Assembly (NCBI RefSeq): GCF_001194135.2
Contig: NC_068981.1
Coordinates: 119,214,750-119,278,749 of the forward strand
Source: Octopus bimaculoides
Lineage: Eukaryota
Reading direction: 5' to 3'
DNA: 64,000 bases
This document shows positions 1-10,479 of the stretch, piece after piece (the first letter of the stretch is position 1; every line of letters begins with the position of its first letter). Under the pieces are notes generated by a model. That model was not told the origin of the DNA, searched no databases, and saw only the letters and a program-made list of their open reading frames with translations. Made by a program: the position numbers and the translations under genes.

Positions 1-566
1 ACACATATATATATATATACACATATATATATATATACACATATATATATATATATAAACATAAATACATACATATATACAAACACACACATACATTTAG
101 GCCACCATGGAGTATATATATAGAGGCAATGAAAAGTGACAGAGACCTTTAGCAATATGCCATGCTTGAGAAGATCTGTCAGGGTAAATGAAATCGCAGT
201 CATGGCCGATGTCAGTACTATGTAACTGGTACTACATCAGTAGTGCATGTGATGTGCACAGGTAACAAGTACCGGTTAAGCCATTTTATAGCTCAGGAGA
301 CATATTTGTTAAAGAATTAAACATTGATTCAGCAAATATTCGCTAACACAACACAAGCATTGGTTAGAATCTTGTGCATCGTCTTTCACTTCGTTTATTC
401 TACTTTATCGAACACTAACAAACAAACATGTAATTAAAGCCTAATTATCTTTCTGTTTAGATTAGGACTAGTATCGATGAAATAAAACAGAATAAATGAA
501 GTTACGGGTGCACAGAGGCTTAACGGGAAAATGACAGGCACCAGTAGTTAAATAAGTTTTACTTAC

Positions 567-702
567 GTTGCTCTCGAGAACATCGTGCGTCGGATATAAG
601 AGTTTGTTTCGTTCGTCCAATTATCACGGTCTCTCTATGTGGCAAAGGAATGGGACGGTGAGTTCCTTTGAGACATACAAGTTCACAAGAGTCAAACTTC
701 AT
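567..702 (-). CDS. First coding exon of an aprataxin/PNKP-family FHA-domain protein (closest to the APTX N-terminus); gene continues beyond the left edge
   Basis: Manual translation: MKFDSCELVCLKGTHRPIPLPHRETVIIGRTKQTLISDARCSREQ plus 1 nt, then donor GTAAGT (plus-strand acttac 561-566). It aligns with the APTX FHA start ([41 protein letters not shown]), including the FHA GR and SR motifs and a phase-1 intron after CSRxQ. The ATG has A at -3 and an in-frame upstream TGA. A candidate acceptor TTGCAG lies at 744-749. APTX versus PNKP cannot be resolved from one exon. Confidence 0.85.
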
Positions 703-1530
703 TGTATAAAATCCTTCAAAATATAAATGATACTTATATCAGTCTGCAATTCTGAAGAAGCAAGTTAATTTCATCTAAATTATTAGGGGTAAAGTGCCCA
801 CAGCACTACGTACTAAAAGACAGCGCGCATGAAATTAATAATATTAATAAGAAAATAATTCCAATTACTTTGGAATGTATATATTTACTTTTGTCTTAGA
901 ATAAACAAGTTTTCGATACTTCATACAGAGAAAAAGAGAGAGAGAGCATGTGAAATTCAAAAGGAAATAAACTTTCTGTTCTGGAACTGTTTATAACAGT
1001 ACGTTCAGAATTATCAAAGGGGCATAACTTTGACGTATTGTGTCAAATTGGTTCCTTCACATAATATTTCCACGTGTTTTCAACCAATGTTTACTGTTTG
1101 TTATCTTTTTTTTACTTATTGTGCTTTTACTTTTTACTTAATCATTATTTATTTTTTTAATCGAAATTCCTTTGCTTTTCATTTTAATCGCATTATATCT
1201 TATAGTAAGGGATAACTGTTTTTTTTCTATAGTTGATTTTTAAATAATATAATTGTAAAACAGTACACACATATACATGCGTGTGTGACCGCACATGTAT
1301 ATCAGATTTTGGATTATACAGGATTTTGGATTAAATTTGGATTATAGTGGATTTTGAGCTTCAGTGCGTTGGAAATATAAATGACAATATTTTTAAAATT
1401 CTGTATTAGATAAGGTTTGATATTAATAAATTTTATGTTAATTTCCTTTATTAATGCTTCCTTACGCGATTATAAAATTAGAGAAATGTTTTTATTTATA
1501 TATATACATGACGAAAACATCGAAATGTTG

Positions 1531-1608
1531 CTTACCTGTACGCATGCGCAGTAGGCAATAGTGATGAAATGCTATTGACGTTTTGCCTTCAAATAGTTTT
1601 GACCGCCC
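1531..1608 (-). promoter_or_regulatory. Putative promoter / non-coding first exon of the FHA gene
   Basis: On the minus strand, TGCGCATGCGTA (1539-1550, 11/12 match to NRF-1 YGCGCAYGCGCR) precedes a strong donor CAG|GTAAG (plus cttacctg 1531-1538). GC-box-like CCGCCC at 1603-1608. Confidence 0.45.
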
Positions 1609-2071
1609 CAGTGTTGCCAACTTACAATCAGAATTTTATACTAAATTTCAGTACAAAAAATACCTAAAAAATGATAAAGACTAATTATATCAAAAAGCTT
1701 AATTTTAATTACTTTTTTTTTTAAATTATATTCAGCATTGGGAAATAATTTCTTGAATTTCACTCATTTGATCACTTTCAGCTGCAGTGCATAGGTTTTT
1801 AATTTCTGTATACATTCAAGGTCCCAATCTTGTTAATTATGTGTTTTGGAATATCGAAGTTTTTGCAACTTTTGCCATATCTTTTCAGGCCATATTTTAT
1901 AGACAGTTTTGATCTAAGCATAGGAAGATGCATTTTGTTTTTCGATTTTGATTTGATTACACCCATACTACTGAACAACCGTTCAACTTCTGCATTTGAC
2001 TTTGGCAATGTCAATAGATTAATGGCAAAATTTGCAACATCTCTAGAAGGATTTCCTCCTGTAGCATCTTT

Positions 2072-2110
2072 GGCACTATCATGCTATTAGCTGTCAGAAG
2101 TGAAAGTGCT
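2072..2110. mobile_element. One terminus of a Merlin-like MITE inserted in the hAT transposase
   Basis: GGCACTATCATGCTATTAGCTGTCAGAAGTGAAAGT is nearly identical to the TIR of the complete MITE at 42220-42606. The partner terminus was not clearly found. Confidence 0.6.
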
Positions 2111-2494
2111 CACTGCTAGTGAAGTATCTGTCTGTCTGTCTTTGTCCTGTCAAAAAGTGACCGATCATCTCCCTTTAACCTTCGACCTTATAATGTCAGG
2201 CGAAGTTCAACTGGACAGCATCTGACCTATTTAGGTACAAACTCTGCTGCAGTATGTATGTCCTTCTAGCTGCCACGATTCTTATAAATAGAGTGGTCAG
2301 CAAGACATCAAAACACAGACACAGCCAGAGACAGGGAGACTGTGATGCGCGCGACTAAATCAGTGTCCTGCTACTATGAGACAGATTTTTCGCCGACCAA
2401 GCAAAATGAGAGAGCGAACACACACACACACGAACATATCCTGGTTCCATCATATTTCTAGCAACTCGAAGCAAGTTGTCAAAATTGAATGTAG

Positions 2495-2888
2495 TGGTAA
2501 ATATTATTTATGGTGGAAATGGAGTATATGTAATCTGGGTATACCCCCCCCCCCTTTTAAATTTTGTTTTTTTTACGGAATCCTATGTTTCAGACCATGG
2601 AGAATCCGATTCTGGAAAAAATTTTTCAATAATCNNNNNNNNNNACCCTAACCCTAACCCTGACACTGACCCTAACCTTAACACTAGTTTTGTGAGATTT
2701 GGCTGTTATTTCTAGCATGTAAATAGCCTGCTTGGTGGGGGGGGGGAATTGAAATTTTTCAAAATATTTTTTTTCAGAATCGGAATCTCCATCGCCTAAA
2801 ATGTGGGATTCCGTAAAAAAAATTAATAAATAAGGTGGGGAAAGGTTCAGATTACATATAGTCCATCTCTACCTTATTTATTAACACC
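2495..2888. repeat. Foldback (long imperfect inverted repeat) element with CCCTAA-like centre
   Basis: About 140-bp arms (about 2495-2634 and 2749-2888) are reverse complements, e.g. TTTTTTACGGAATCC versus GGATTCCGTAAAAAA. The centre reads ACCCTAACCCTAACCCTGACACTGACCCTAACC. Confidence 0.7.
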
Positions 2889-4744
2889 AGCAAATAAAAA
2901 AATGTTATAGTTATCGCTTTGTCATTTCTCAGGCAAACACATGCCTATCGCACCGACACTAAACAAAAACAAACCACATTTTGGTGACTCCACTACAGAC
3001 GTATATGTCCGTTTAACTAAACGAATGCTATTAAACTGAATTTCAATTAAAGCAATTTTTTCTTCATTTAAATGCATTGCTTCTAAGACAAGGAAAATTG
3101 ACTCTTTGAAATGCTGCATAACATCACGTTTCTAAAGATACCATACTGAGATATGTATGTACCACTTTTTTGTAAGTGTCACTATAATATATGATAATAA
3201 TTCCTAACAACTTGTTTATCGATATATTGGATTCATCCAATAACAGGCTAAATTTTCTATCTGCTATATCAGAAATCAAATCTCCATCAAAATATGGAGC
3301 TAGAACATTTCTCACAATATTTGCCCATTTTGTACGATGCAACTTCACTTTGGATATAATATCACTATGAGACATATAATTCTTACATAACTCTATTAAG
3401 TGATCACAGCTATTAAATGATGAGTGGCAACAAATAAACATTGCTGAACTTGCTTCAAGCATAGATGTCTTATGATTTTTGGTTTTAATAAAGTTGGTAA
3501 GAGGAATCATTTGCTGTGGAGTTGATGCCTTATGTTTCCTTGCTTCAAAGTGGCTTACTAAAAGAGNNNNNNNNNNNNNNNNNNNNNNNNNNNNNNNNNN
3601 NNNNNNNNNNNNNNNNNNNNNNNNNNNNNNNNNNNNNNNNNNNNNNNNNNNNNNNNNNNNNNNNNNNNNNNNNNNNNNNNNNNNNNNNNNNNNNNNNNNN
3701 NNNNNNNNNNNNNNNNNNNNNNNNNNNNNNNNNNNNNNNNNNNNNNNNNNNNNNNNNNNNNCTTAGTAAACGCTGGCTTCTTAAGCCATTCCTTTCGCTG
3801 TTTTTGCTGGTAAAACTTTGTTTTTTCTTTGCTCATTATAATGTAATGGGAAGCATGAAAATAAATTGAATGATTAATAAAAATATAAAATTGAAAACAC
3901 AACTTATCAGTTTGCTGTTAACAATTCTTTCATTCAATATTAACAATTCTTATGTTTGCTGCTTACAAATTCTTGGGGTCAAGAATACTGATTCAGAATG
4001 CAGGGTGGCCAACTTATAAATGGAAAAGTAAAATCTGCAGAAACCCTAAAACTGTGTTCTGATATAAACCTGGGAACATCATATTTCGCTTCCAATCCTA
4101 CATTTAATATCTATTGGTAAAACCACAAATATAACTACAATACCTGGAAAAAAAAAAAGTAAGTAGAAATATAAAGGGGGAGACCCGCTACCCCTGTACT
4201 TCTACATAAGATATATATCATCCAAAACAAGCTTCAAAAAACACAGGCCTATTTTAAAACAGTCAAACTGAAAGTAAACCAGTCAACCTGTCATGATAAA
4301 AACTCATCACTACAGCATTGTTAGGACGAATTTCCATGCTTTCATTCTTAGTAACATATTTACATTATTGTGTAGTGAGTTCAGGTGCTGACATGAATTA
4401 TCTTCTCCCCCTCCCTCCTCCTCCCACCAGCACCACTCTGTATCCAAGCCGGTGGGAGGGGCTGGAAAAGTTCATAACTTGATAAACTTTCGTTTGAAGT
4501 TTCAAGAAAGTGAAAGAAAAATTCAACAATAGCCAATAGCATTAAAATTTGGCTATAAAATACATTAATGAAAGTAGAAAAGGAAGAAAAAAGGGTAACT
4601 ATTGTGGAAATGTCATGATCAGAGAAAAATGCTACATAAAATTTTGAACATGCTATTTCCTCTGCTAAATGCTAGATTCAAAAATTTTCTGCTAGATCTA
4701 GCATAAAATATGCTAAATTGGTAACTGAAAATTCCTACATGACA

Positions 4745-6045
4745 GCTTGCTGAGCACCACAGACCAAATCTGTAGCTGGTGCAAAGTCCCTTCCATACCT
4801 AGGGTAACGTGGTGGTGGAATAATACAGCTTGTTGTTGTTGGCACTCCGTTGCTTACAACGTTGAGCGTTCCAGTTGATCCGATCAACAGAACAGCCTGC
4901 TCGTGAAATTAACGTGCAAGTGGCTGAGCACTCCACACACATGTGTACACTTAACGTAGTTCTCAGGGATATTCAGAGTGACAAGGCTGACCCTTTGACC
5001 TACAGGCACAACCGAAACAGGAAGTAAGATTGAGAGAAAGTTGTGGTGAAAGAGTACAGCAGAGTTCACCACCATCCCCTGCCGGAGCCTTGTGGAGCTT
5101 TAGGTGTTTTCGCTCAATAAACACTCACAACGCCCGGTCTGGGAATCGAAACTGCAAGCCCGTTGCCCTAACCACTGGGCCATTGCACCTCCAAAATAAT
5201 ACAGTAGACAGGGCCATTAGAGCAAAGAAACAGGCCTTGAAAATCTGGAAGAGTTGGGATAGCAGGGAACTGTAGCAGATAGCCAGAAGGGAGGCTAGGG
5301 AACAGGTCTATATAGCCAAGGGAGTAACAGAAAAGAAGAAATTTGCCAATGTTCAGCGGCATGAGGACCAAAGAAATGAAGTATTTTGGATTGCAAGACA
5401 GTGAGTGAGAGAAAATTGTGGTGTTACAGGAGAGAAATGTGTCTGCATGGATAATGGTGCACTTGCTTTTAATGATTCTGCAAAGAAAGAGGCCTGGAGA
5501 TGCCATTATGAAAGGCTTCTGAATGTGGAGAATGAATGGGAGGAGGAGAGCCTGCCAAATGTTGTCCCAGTTGAGGGACCAGCTATCCGAATCGATAGTA
5601 CCCTGGAAGATAAAGCAGTTAAGGATATGGAGTCAGAAAAAGCTCCCAGCCCATCAGGAATTACTGCTGAAATGCTTAAAATATCTGGTGGTGTGGGTTA
5701 TGGTCTAGTCACCAGTAATGTAAATCAATTAGTTCATGAAGGAGTCATATCCAATGACTGGTGTAGCAGCACCATAGTCAACTGCTACAAAGGTAAAGGT
5801 GATGCTTTACATAGAAATAACTAAAGGGTATCAAACTGCTGGATCACGTGATGAAGGTCACGGAGAGGGTCATAGTCCAACTAATTAGGGAGTGAGTCAG
5901 TCTAGAATCAGTTTTGTACCAGGGAAGAGCACCACTGATGCTATATTTCTGGTAAGGTAACTGCAGGAGAAATACCTAGCCAAAGATAAACTCCTATACT
6001 TGGCTTTTGTTGACTTGGAGAAAGCTTTTGATAGGGTCCCCATTA
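4745..6045 (+). mobile_element. RTE-clade LINE ORF2 fragment, pseudogenised
   Basis: Peptides WWNNTVDRAIRAKKQ, KAPSPSGITAEMLK, DWCSSTIVNCYKGKGDA, AFVDLEKAFDRVP; stops and frameshifts. Confidence 0.85.
4829..5194 (-). mobile_element. tRNA-headed SINE with 10-bp TSD inside the RTE
   Basis: Minus-strand A box TGGCCCAGTGG and B-box-like GTTTCGATTCC. TSD AATAATACAG at 4819-4828 and 5195-5204. Confidence 0.85.
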
Positions 6046-7204
6046 ATTAGGCTCACTCATTAATTCATCTTCGCCTTGATAGTGGTGACCAGCATATCTT
6101 GTCCTCTGCTTCTCTTGAATGATTGATGATATATTGGAGGTATTTCCATAAAGCTCTTCTTCCATTGGATGTTGTTTCCATGATTTGTTGAGAACAACAT
6201 GCAACACACGTGTGTAGGTCTAATCAAACTTCCTTTCATATTTTTTTTTCTGGGTATCAGAGTTCATTCTGATGAAGCATAAAGAAGAACTGATCAGGAA
6301 GAAACATACAAAAACAAAATACCTCTAACAACAGATAATTATCATTTGAGTCACTGCAGACAACCAGCAAGCTTCAGTTGACTGGTGAATAATAAATAAT
6401 GTTAATGGGAGGAAGTGATAAGCTCATGCCAAACTGAAGGCAGCAAGTCAGGAATAAAGGTTACAGAAATATCAAGTAATACTTATGCCAAACATTAGGT
6501 TATTTCTTATACATGAATACAACATCAACATGACATAATCATTATTTCTGGGTGTCTATTATTAGGATAGAAAACATATTATGACCAGATTATATCATGA
6601 TACTGCAAGACCGGAATTATTATGATGAAAATTTACCATTTTAAGTGGGTGGGCAACAAGCACCAAGCACACTCAGAATAGATGCTCGATTGTGTTGCTT
6701 ATTTCCAAGAGCATGTATTCTCAAGGATCAGGCTAAGCATAAAATGGTGGGCATATATCAAATCTGACAACAACCTCCTATCTTTCCTCTGGTAATCCTA
6801 GATGATGAATAACAGAATTCATTGTTACTATATGTTAATAACAGCATAATTACAATCATCCCTCACATTATGGCTATTTCAGGTTACAAGATTTTGCACT
6901 TTTGGAAATTGTAAAGTATGACCACTTTTCACGTTCTACTCACATACAAACACACACACATACTCTAATTATGTGTGAGAGTTAAGTTTTGAGTTTTTAT
7001 GGCTCAACTCAGAGATGCAAGATGTTAAGTACTCATAAACCTGTGACGCAAAGGATGAAGTGCTCATGAACCTGTAACCTTTCAACTAACTGTTATCATA
7101 CACTACTTCCTCCAACCTCACTCCTTCACCCTTTCATCTCATTTGCATTCAACAAGTTTTTGCTTTCACAAAACATTTTTCTAGTGCTATATTTTTATTA
7201 CATA

Positions 7205-8741
7205 CTAGCAGAAATACCCGGCGTTGCCCGGGTTAAAGAGGATAATGAAATCTAAAAGCGCCGTCTAGACTACGCATCATCTTTATATATAGAGATGTAT
7301 ATACACACACGCACCCAAACACACGTATATATATGTATATCAATATAGATATATGAAAGTCAATGAAGTTTCGTAAAAGAACGTGATCATGTACATACTT
7401 TCTTGCTGTTGTGATTATAACACCTCATTGTAAACTATGTTCCTTGTTTTCCCTTGTGGAGCATATACAAATAGGTTTTTTGTTGCTGCCCACTCTTGAG
7501 CAGCCAACATACAGTTATCCATGTGAGAAGCAGGGCTCTTCCAAGAGAAGACCAGCTACAGACAGTGTTTGACCNNNNNNNNNNNNNNNNNNNNNNNNNN
7601 NNNNNNNNNNNNNNNNNNNNNNNNNNNNNNNNNNNNNNNNNNNNNNNNNNNNNNNNNNNNNNNNNNNNNNNNNNNNNNNNNNNNNNNNNNNNNNNNNNNN
7701 NNNNNNNNNNNNNNNNNNNNNNNNNNNNNNNNNNNNNNNNNNNNNNNNNNNNNNNNNNNNNNNNNNNNNNNNNNNNNNNNNNNNNNNNNNNNNNNNNNNN
7801 NNNNNNNNNNNNNNNNNNNNNNNNNNNNNNNNNNNNNNNNNNNNNNNNNNNNNNNNNNNNNNNNNNNNNNNNNNNNNNNNNNNNNNNNNNNNNNNNNNNN
7901 NNNNNNNNNNNNNNNNNNNNNNNNNNNNNNNNNNNNNNNNNNNNNNNNNNNNNNNNNNNNNNNNNNNNNNNNNNNNNNNNNNNNNNNNNNNNNNNNNNNN
8001 NNNNNNNNNNNNNNNNNNNNNNNNNNNNNNNNNNNNNNNNNNNNNNNNNNNNNNNNNNNNNNNNNNNNNNNNNNNNNNNNNNNNNNNNNNNNNNNNNNNN
8101 NNNNNNNNNNNNNNNNNNNNNNNNNNNNNNNNNNNNNNNNNNNNNNNNNNNNNNNNNNNNNNNNNNNNNNNNNNNNNNNNNNNNNNNNNNNNNNNNNNNN
8201 NNNNNNNNNNNNNNNNNNNNNNNNNNNNNNNNNNNNNNNNNNNNNNNNNNNNNNNNNNNNNNNNNNNNNNNNNNNNNNNNNNNNNNNNNNNNNNNNNNNN
8301 NNNNNNNNNNNNNNNNNNNNNNNNNNNNNNNNNNNNNNNNNNNNNNNNNNNNNNNNNNNNNNNNNNNNNNNNNNNNNNNNNNNNNNNNNNNNNNNNNNNN
8401 NNNNNNNNNNNNNNNNNNNNNNNNNNNNNNNNNNNNNNNNNNNNNNGAAATGTGATTGTTTCAGTTAGTGGAATAGTTTCATTTTTAAAGTGAAAGTATT
8501 TGACATGAGTGTTTTTGTTTCACTTTTGACACGTAATACTTAAATAGTGGAGGAGATATTATGTTGCCGTGTGCTCGAACTCTGCAAGAAGTTAATCATT
8601 TTTTTGACTAAAACACAACTGGAACCCTAAGTAAGGCATGTGTAAAATTTGAATGAAATTGGTAGCGTAGTTCTCGAGTTTTAGGGATTCACACAGACAG
8701 ACAGACAGACAGACACACATTCTCATTTTTATATATATAGA
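7205..8741 (-). mobile_element. Non-autonomous Helitron, copy 1 (central N gap)
   Basis: Minus-strand 5' TC start (TCTATATATATAAAAATGAG) followed by (TGTC)n. 3' CTAG preceded by hairpin CCCGG-GCAACG-CCGGG (7217-7232). Inserted between A and T. Confidence 0.85.
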
Positions 8742-9050
8742 TTTTATTGTGAATAATTGATCACTGCCTTTGTTTGTTTTACCTACAATTCAAGTTGTTC
8801 AGAGAGAAGCCATCAAGTGGTAATAGGGTGAAAAAGGACTGTAAAGGAATTACATTGGATATTAAACTTGGTATTTTAAAAAGGCTTAATACAGGATAGA
8901 AAAATCAGTCATATTGTTAAAGCATTAAAGTTCACACTACCTGTAGTGATGACAATATGTGACAATAGAGAAAAAATTAAGTTAAATGCTCAAGAAGTTA
9001 CTCCATCAACTATTCTGGTTTTATTCTTAATCACTATAACATATGCCCAT

Positions 9051-9345
9051 GGGCATATGGCATAGTGGTTAAGAGCGTGGGCTACTAACCGCAAGATTGT
9101 GAGTTCGATTCCAGGCAGTGACCTGAATAATAATAAGAAGAACAAGAACAACAACAAGAACAACAACAACAACATCGAAAAACACCTTAGGAATGAGATC
9201 CCAGATTCGAAATTTCCCCAAGACACCTGATGAAGGATGGAGGGTATATCAGCTGAAACGTTGTGTTAACAACAAACAAGATGAGGACAAATATCCGTCA
9301 ATTGTAAATAATGTACATAATTCCTCATCTCTTAAATATAGAACT
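9051..9345 (+). mobile_element. tRNA-headed SINE with simple-repeat linker and Penelope-like 3' module
   Basis: A box TGGCATAGTGG and B box GTTCGATTCC, then an (AAT/AAG/AAC)n linker, then a tail containing a hammerhead motif. Confidence 0.75.
9222..9267 (+). ncRNA. Minimal type I hammerhead ribozyme motif (Penelope-type, palindromic stem III)
   Basis: Stem I GACAC (9222-26) pairs with GTGTT (9263-67). Core CTGATGA (9227-33). Imperfect stem II GGATG/CAGCT. GAA, then palindromic ACGT (9258-61), then cleavage triplet GUU. Confidence 0.7.
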
Positions 9346-10479
9346 GTATTATCTGATTTGAAGCTTAAAACTGGATGACTCTTAGTTATATGGAGCAAGG
9401 AGTAGGCTCAACATATAGCACCAATAAGTGTAATGGTAATTCAAAATGGAAAAAGAAAAAGTCAAAAATTTGAATGCTGATATGCAGAAAAAGAAAGATG
9501 AAAATTCTAATAAAAAAAGAAATAAAGAAATTTTCTGGTTGATAAAAGCTCGTTTGAAAGGTTTAAAAGCTCTTGAATTTGGACAGCATAAATATGACTG
9601 GTGAAACTACCAGTATTAAGATAGAAGCTGCAGATAATTCTGAACAACTGAAAAACTTATTACTAAAAAGGGCTACACACCAGAACAAGTATAAAATGTT
9701 AATGAAGATGTTCTTTTCTGGAAGTTCCTGCTTTGCTAGACCTTTTATATCTAAAGAAGATGATATATTTAAAGCTTCCAAAAATTGTTTGACACTTCTT
9801 CTAAGAAGAAATACTGCTGATGATATAAAATTAAAGCCCTTACTCACTGCAAAAATCCAAAAAGCTTTCAAGGGTTATGCATTGTTTAATCTACCTCTGA
9901 TTTGGCATTCAAATAAGAAAGCATAAATGACTGAGAGTCTTTTTGAAAAGTGCTTTACAAACAGTTTTTATCCTGCTGTAGAAAATTACAGTGCCTGACA
10001 TAATATTTCTAACAAAGCATTACTCTTTTTAGACCATGCACCAAACAACTCGAACTTAAATGAGTTTTCTGATAATGTGCAAGTAAAACATATCTCCAAG
10101 AATACAACCTCCTTGCTCCAACAAAAGTATCAAGGTGTACTAATTTCAAGACATATTATCTTAGAATCTACTGGTTAAATTGATGACCTATGGACTCCAT
10201 CCACATCTTGTCATTTAAGTTGGAAACATCTTGCCTGATTGCACCATCACAATTGCGGCATCCACTGATAGCTCTCTCTCTCTCTCTCTTCCCCCTCTCT
10301 CACAACTCTGATATGAGTCAAGGTTCAATATCCATTCATTCTTTCTTTCTTTGCATACTGTCACCACTAACAACATCAACTCTTGTGCAGATAATACCAA
10401 CCTTCACTCATTGTCTTGCAATGTTTGTTCCATTTGCAATACTGTTACCTTGAAATGTCTTTTTCAAGGCACTTTTTTT

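Larger units (their letters stand above)
1609..4727 (-). mobile_element. Decayed hAT-superfamily DNA transposon with disrupted transposase
   Basis: Left end CAGTGTTGCCAAC at 1609; degenerate right end TTGGTAACTG ending at 4727. Minus-strand peptides: N-terminus MSKEKTKFYQQKQRKEWLKKPAF, BED-like SHFEARKH, FSLLLDES catalytic region (3124-3510), and hAT dimerisation domain TLPKSNAEVERLFSSMGVIKSKSKNKM (1799-2014). No TSD found. Confidence 0.75.
8790..10170 (+). mobile_element. Tigger/pogo transposase remnant interrupted by a SINE
   Basis: CENP-B-type HTH ITLDIKLGILKRLN, then GYTPEQV..LFWK, KASKNCLTLLL, KLKPLL, LPLIWHSNKKA, KALLFLDHAP; multiple stops. Confidence 0.75.

Noticed and set aside
2645-2679. 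Interstitial telomere
   Set aside because: Only about 3 degenerate CCCTAA units, and they sit inside a foldback element.
7496-8468. Long ORFs of about 300 aa (also 29275-30190, 3479-3902, 13906-14351)
   Set aside because: They consist mostly of X from N runs. Only the hAT N-terminal residues flanking the 3567-3761 gap are meaningful.
9051-9125. Possible tRNA gene (also the minus-strand head near 5120-5192)
   Set aside because: A and B boxes are present, but there is no complete cloverleaf or acceptor stem, and each continues into a SINE body.
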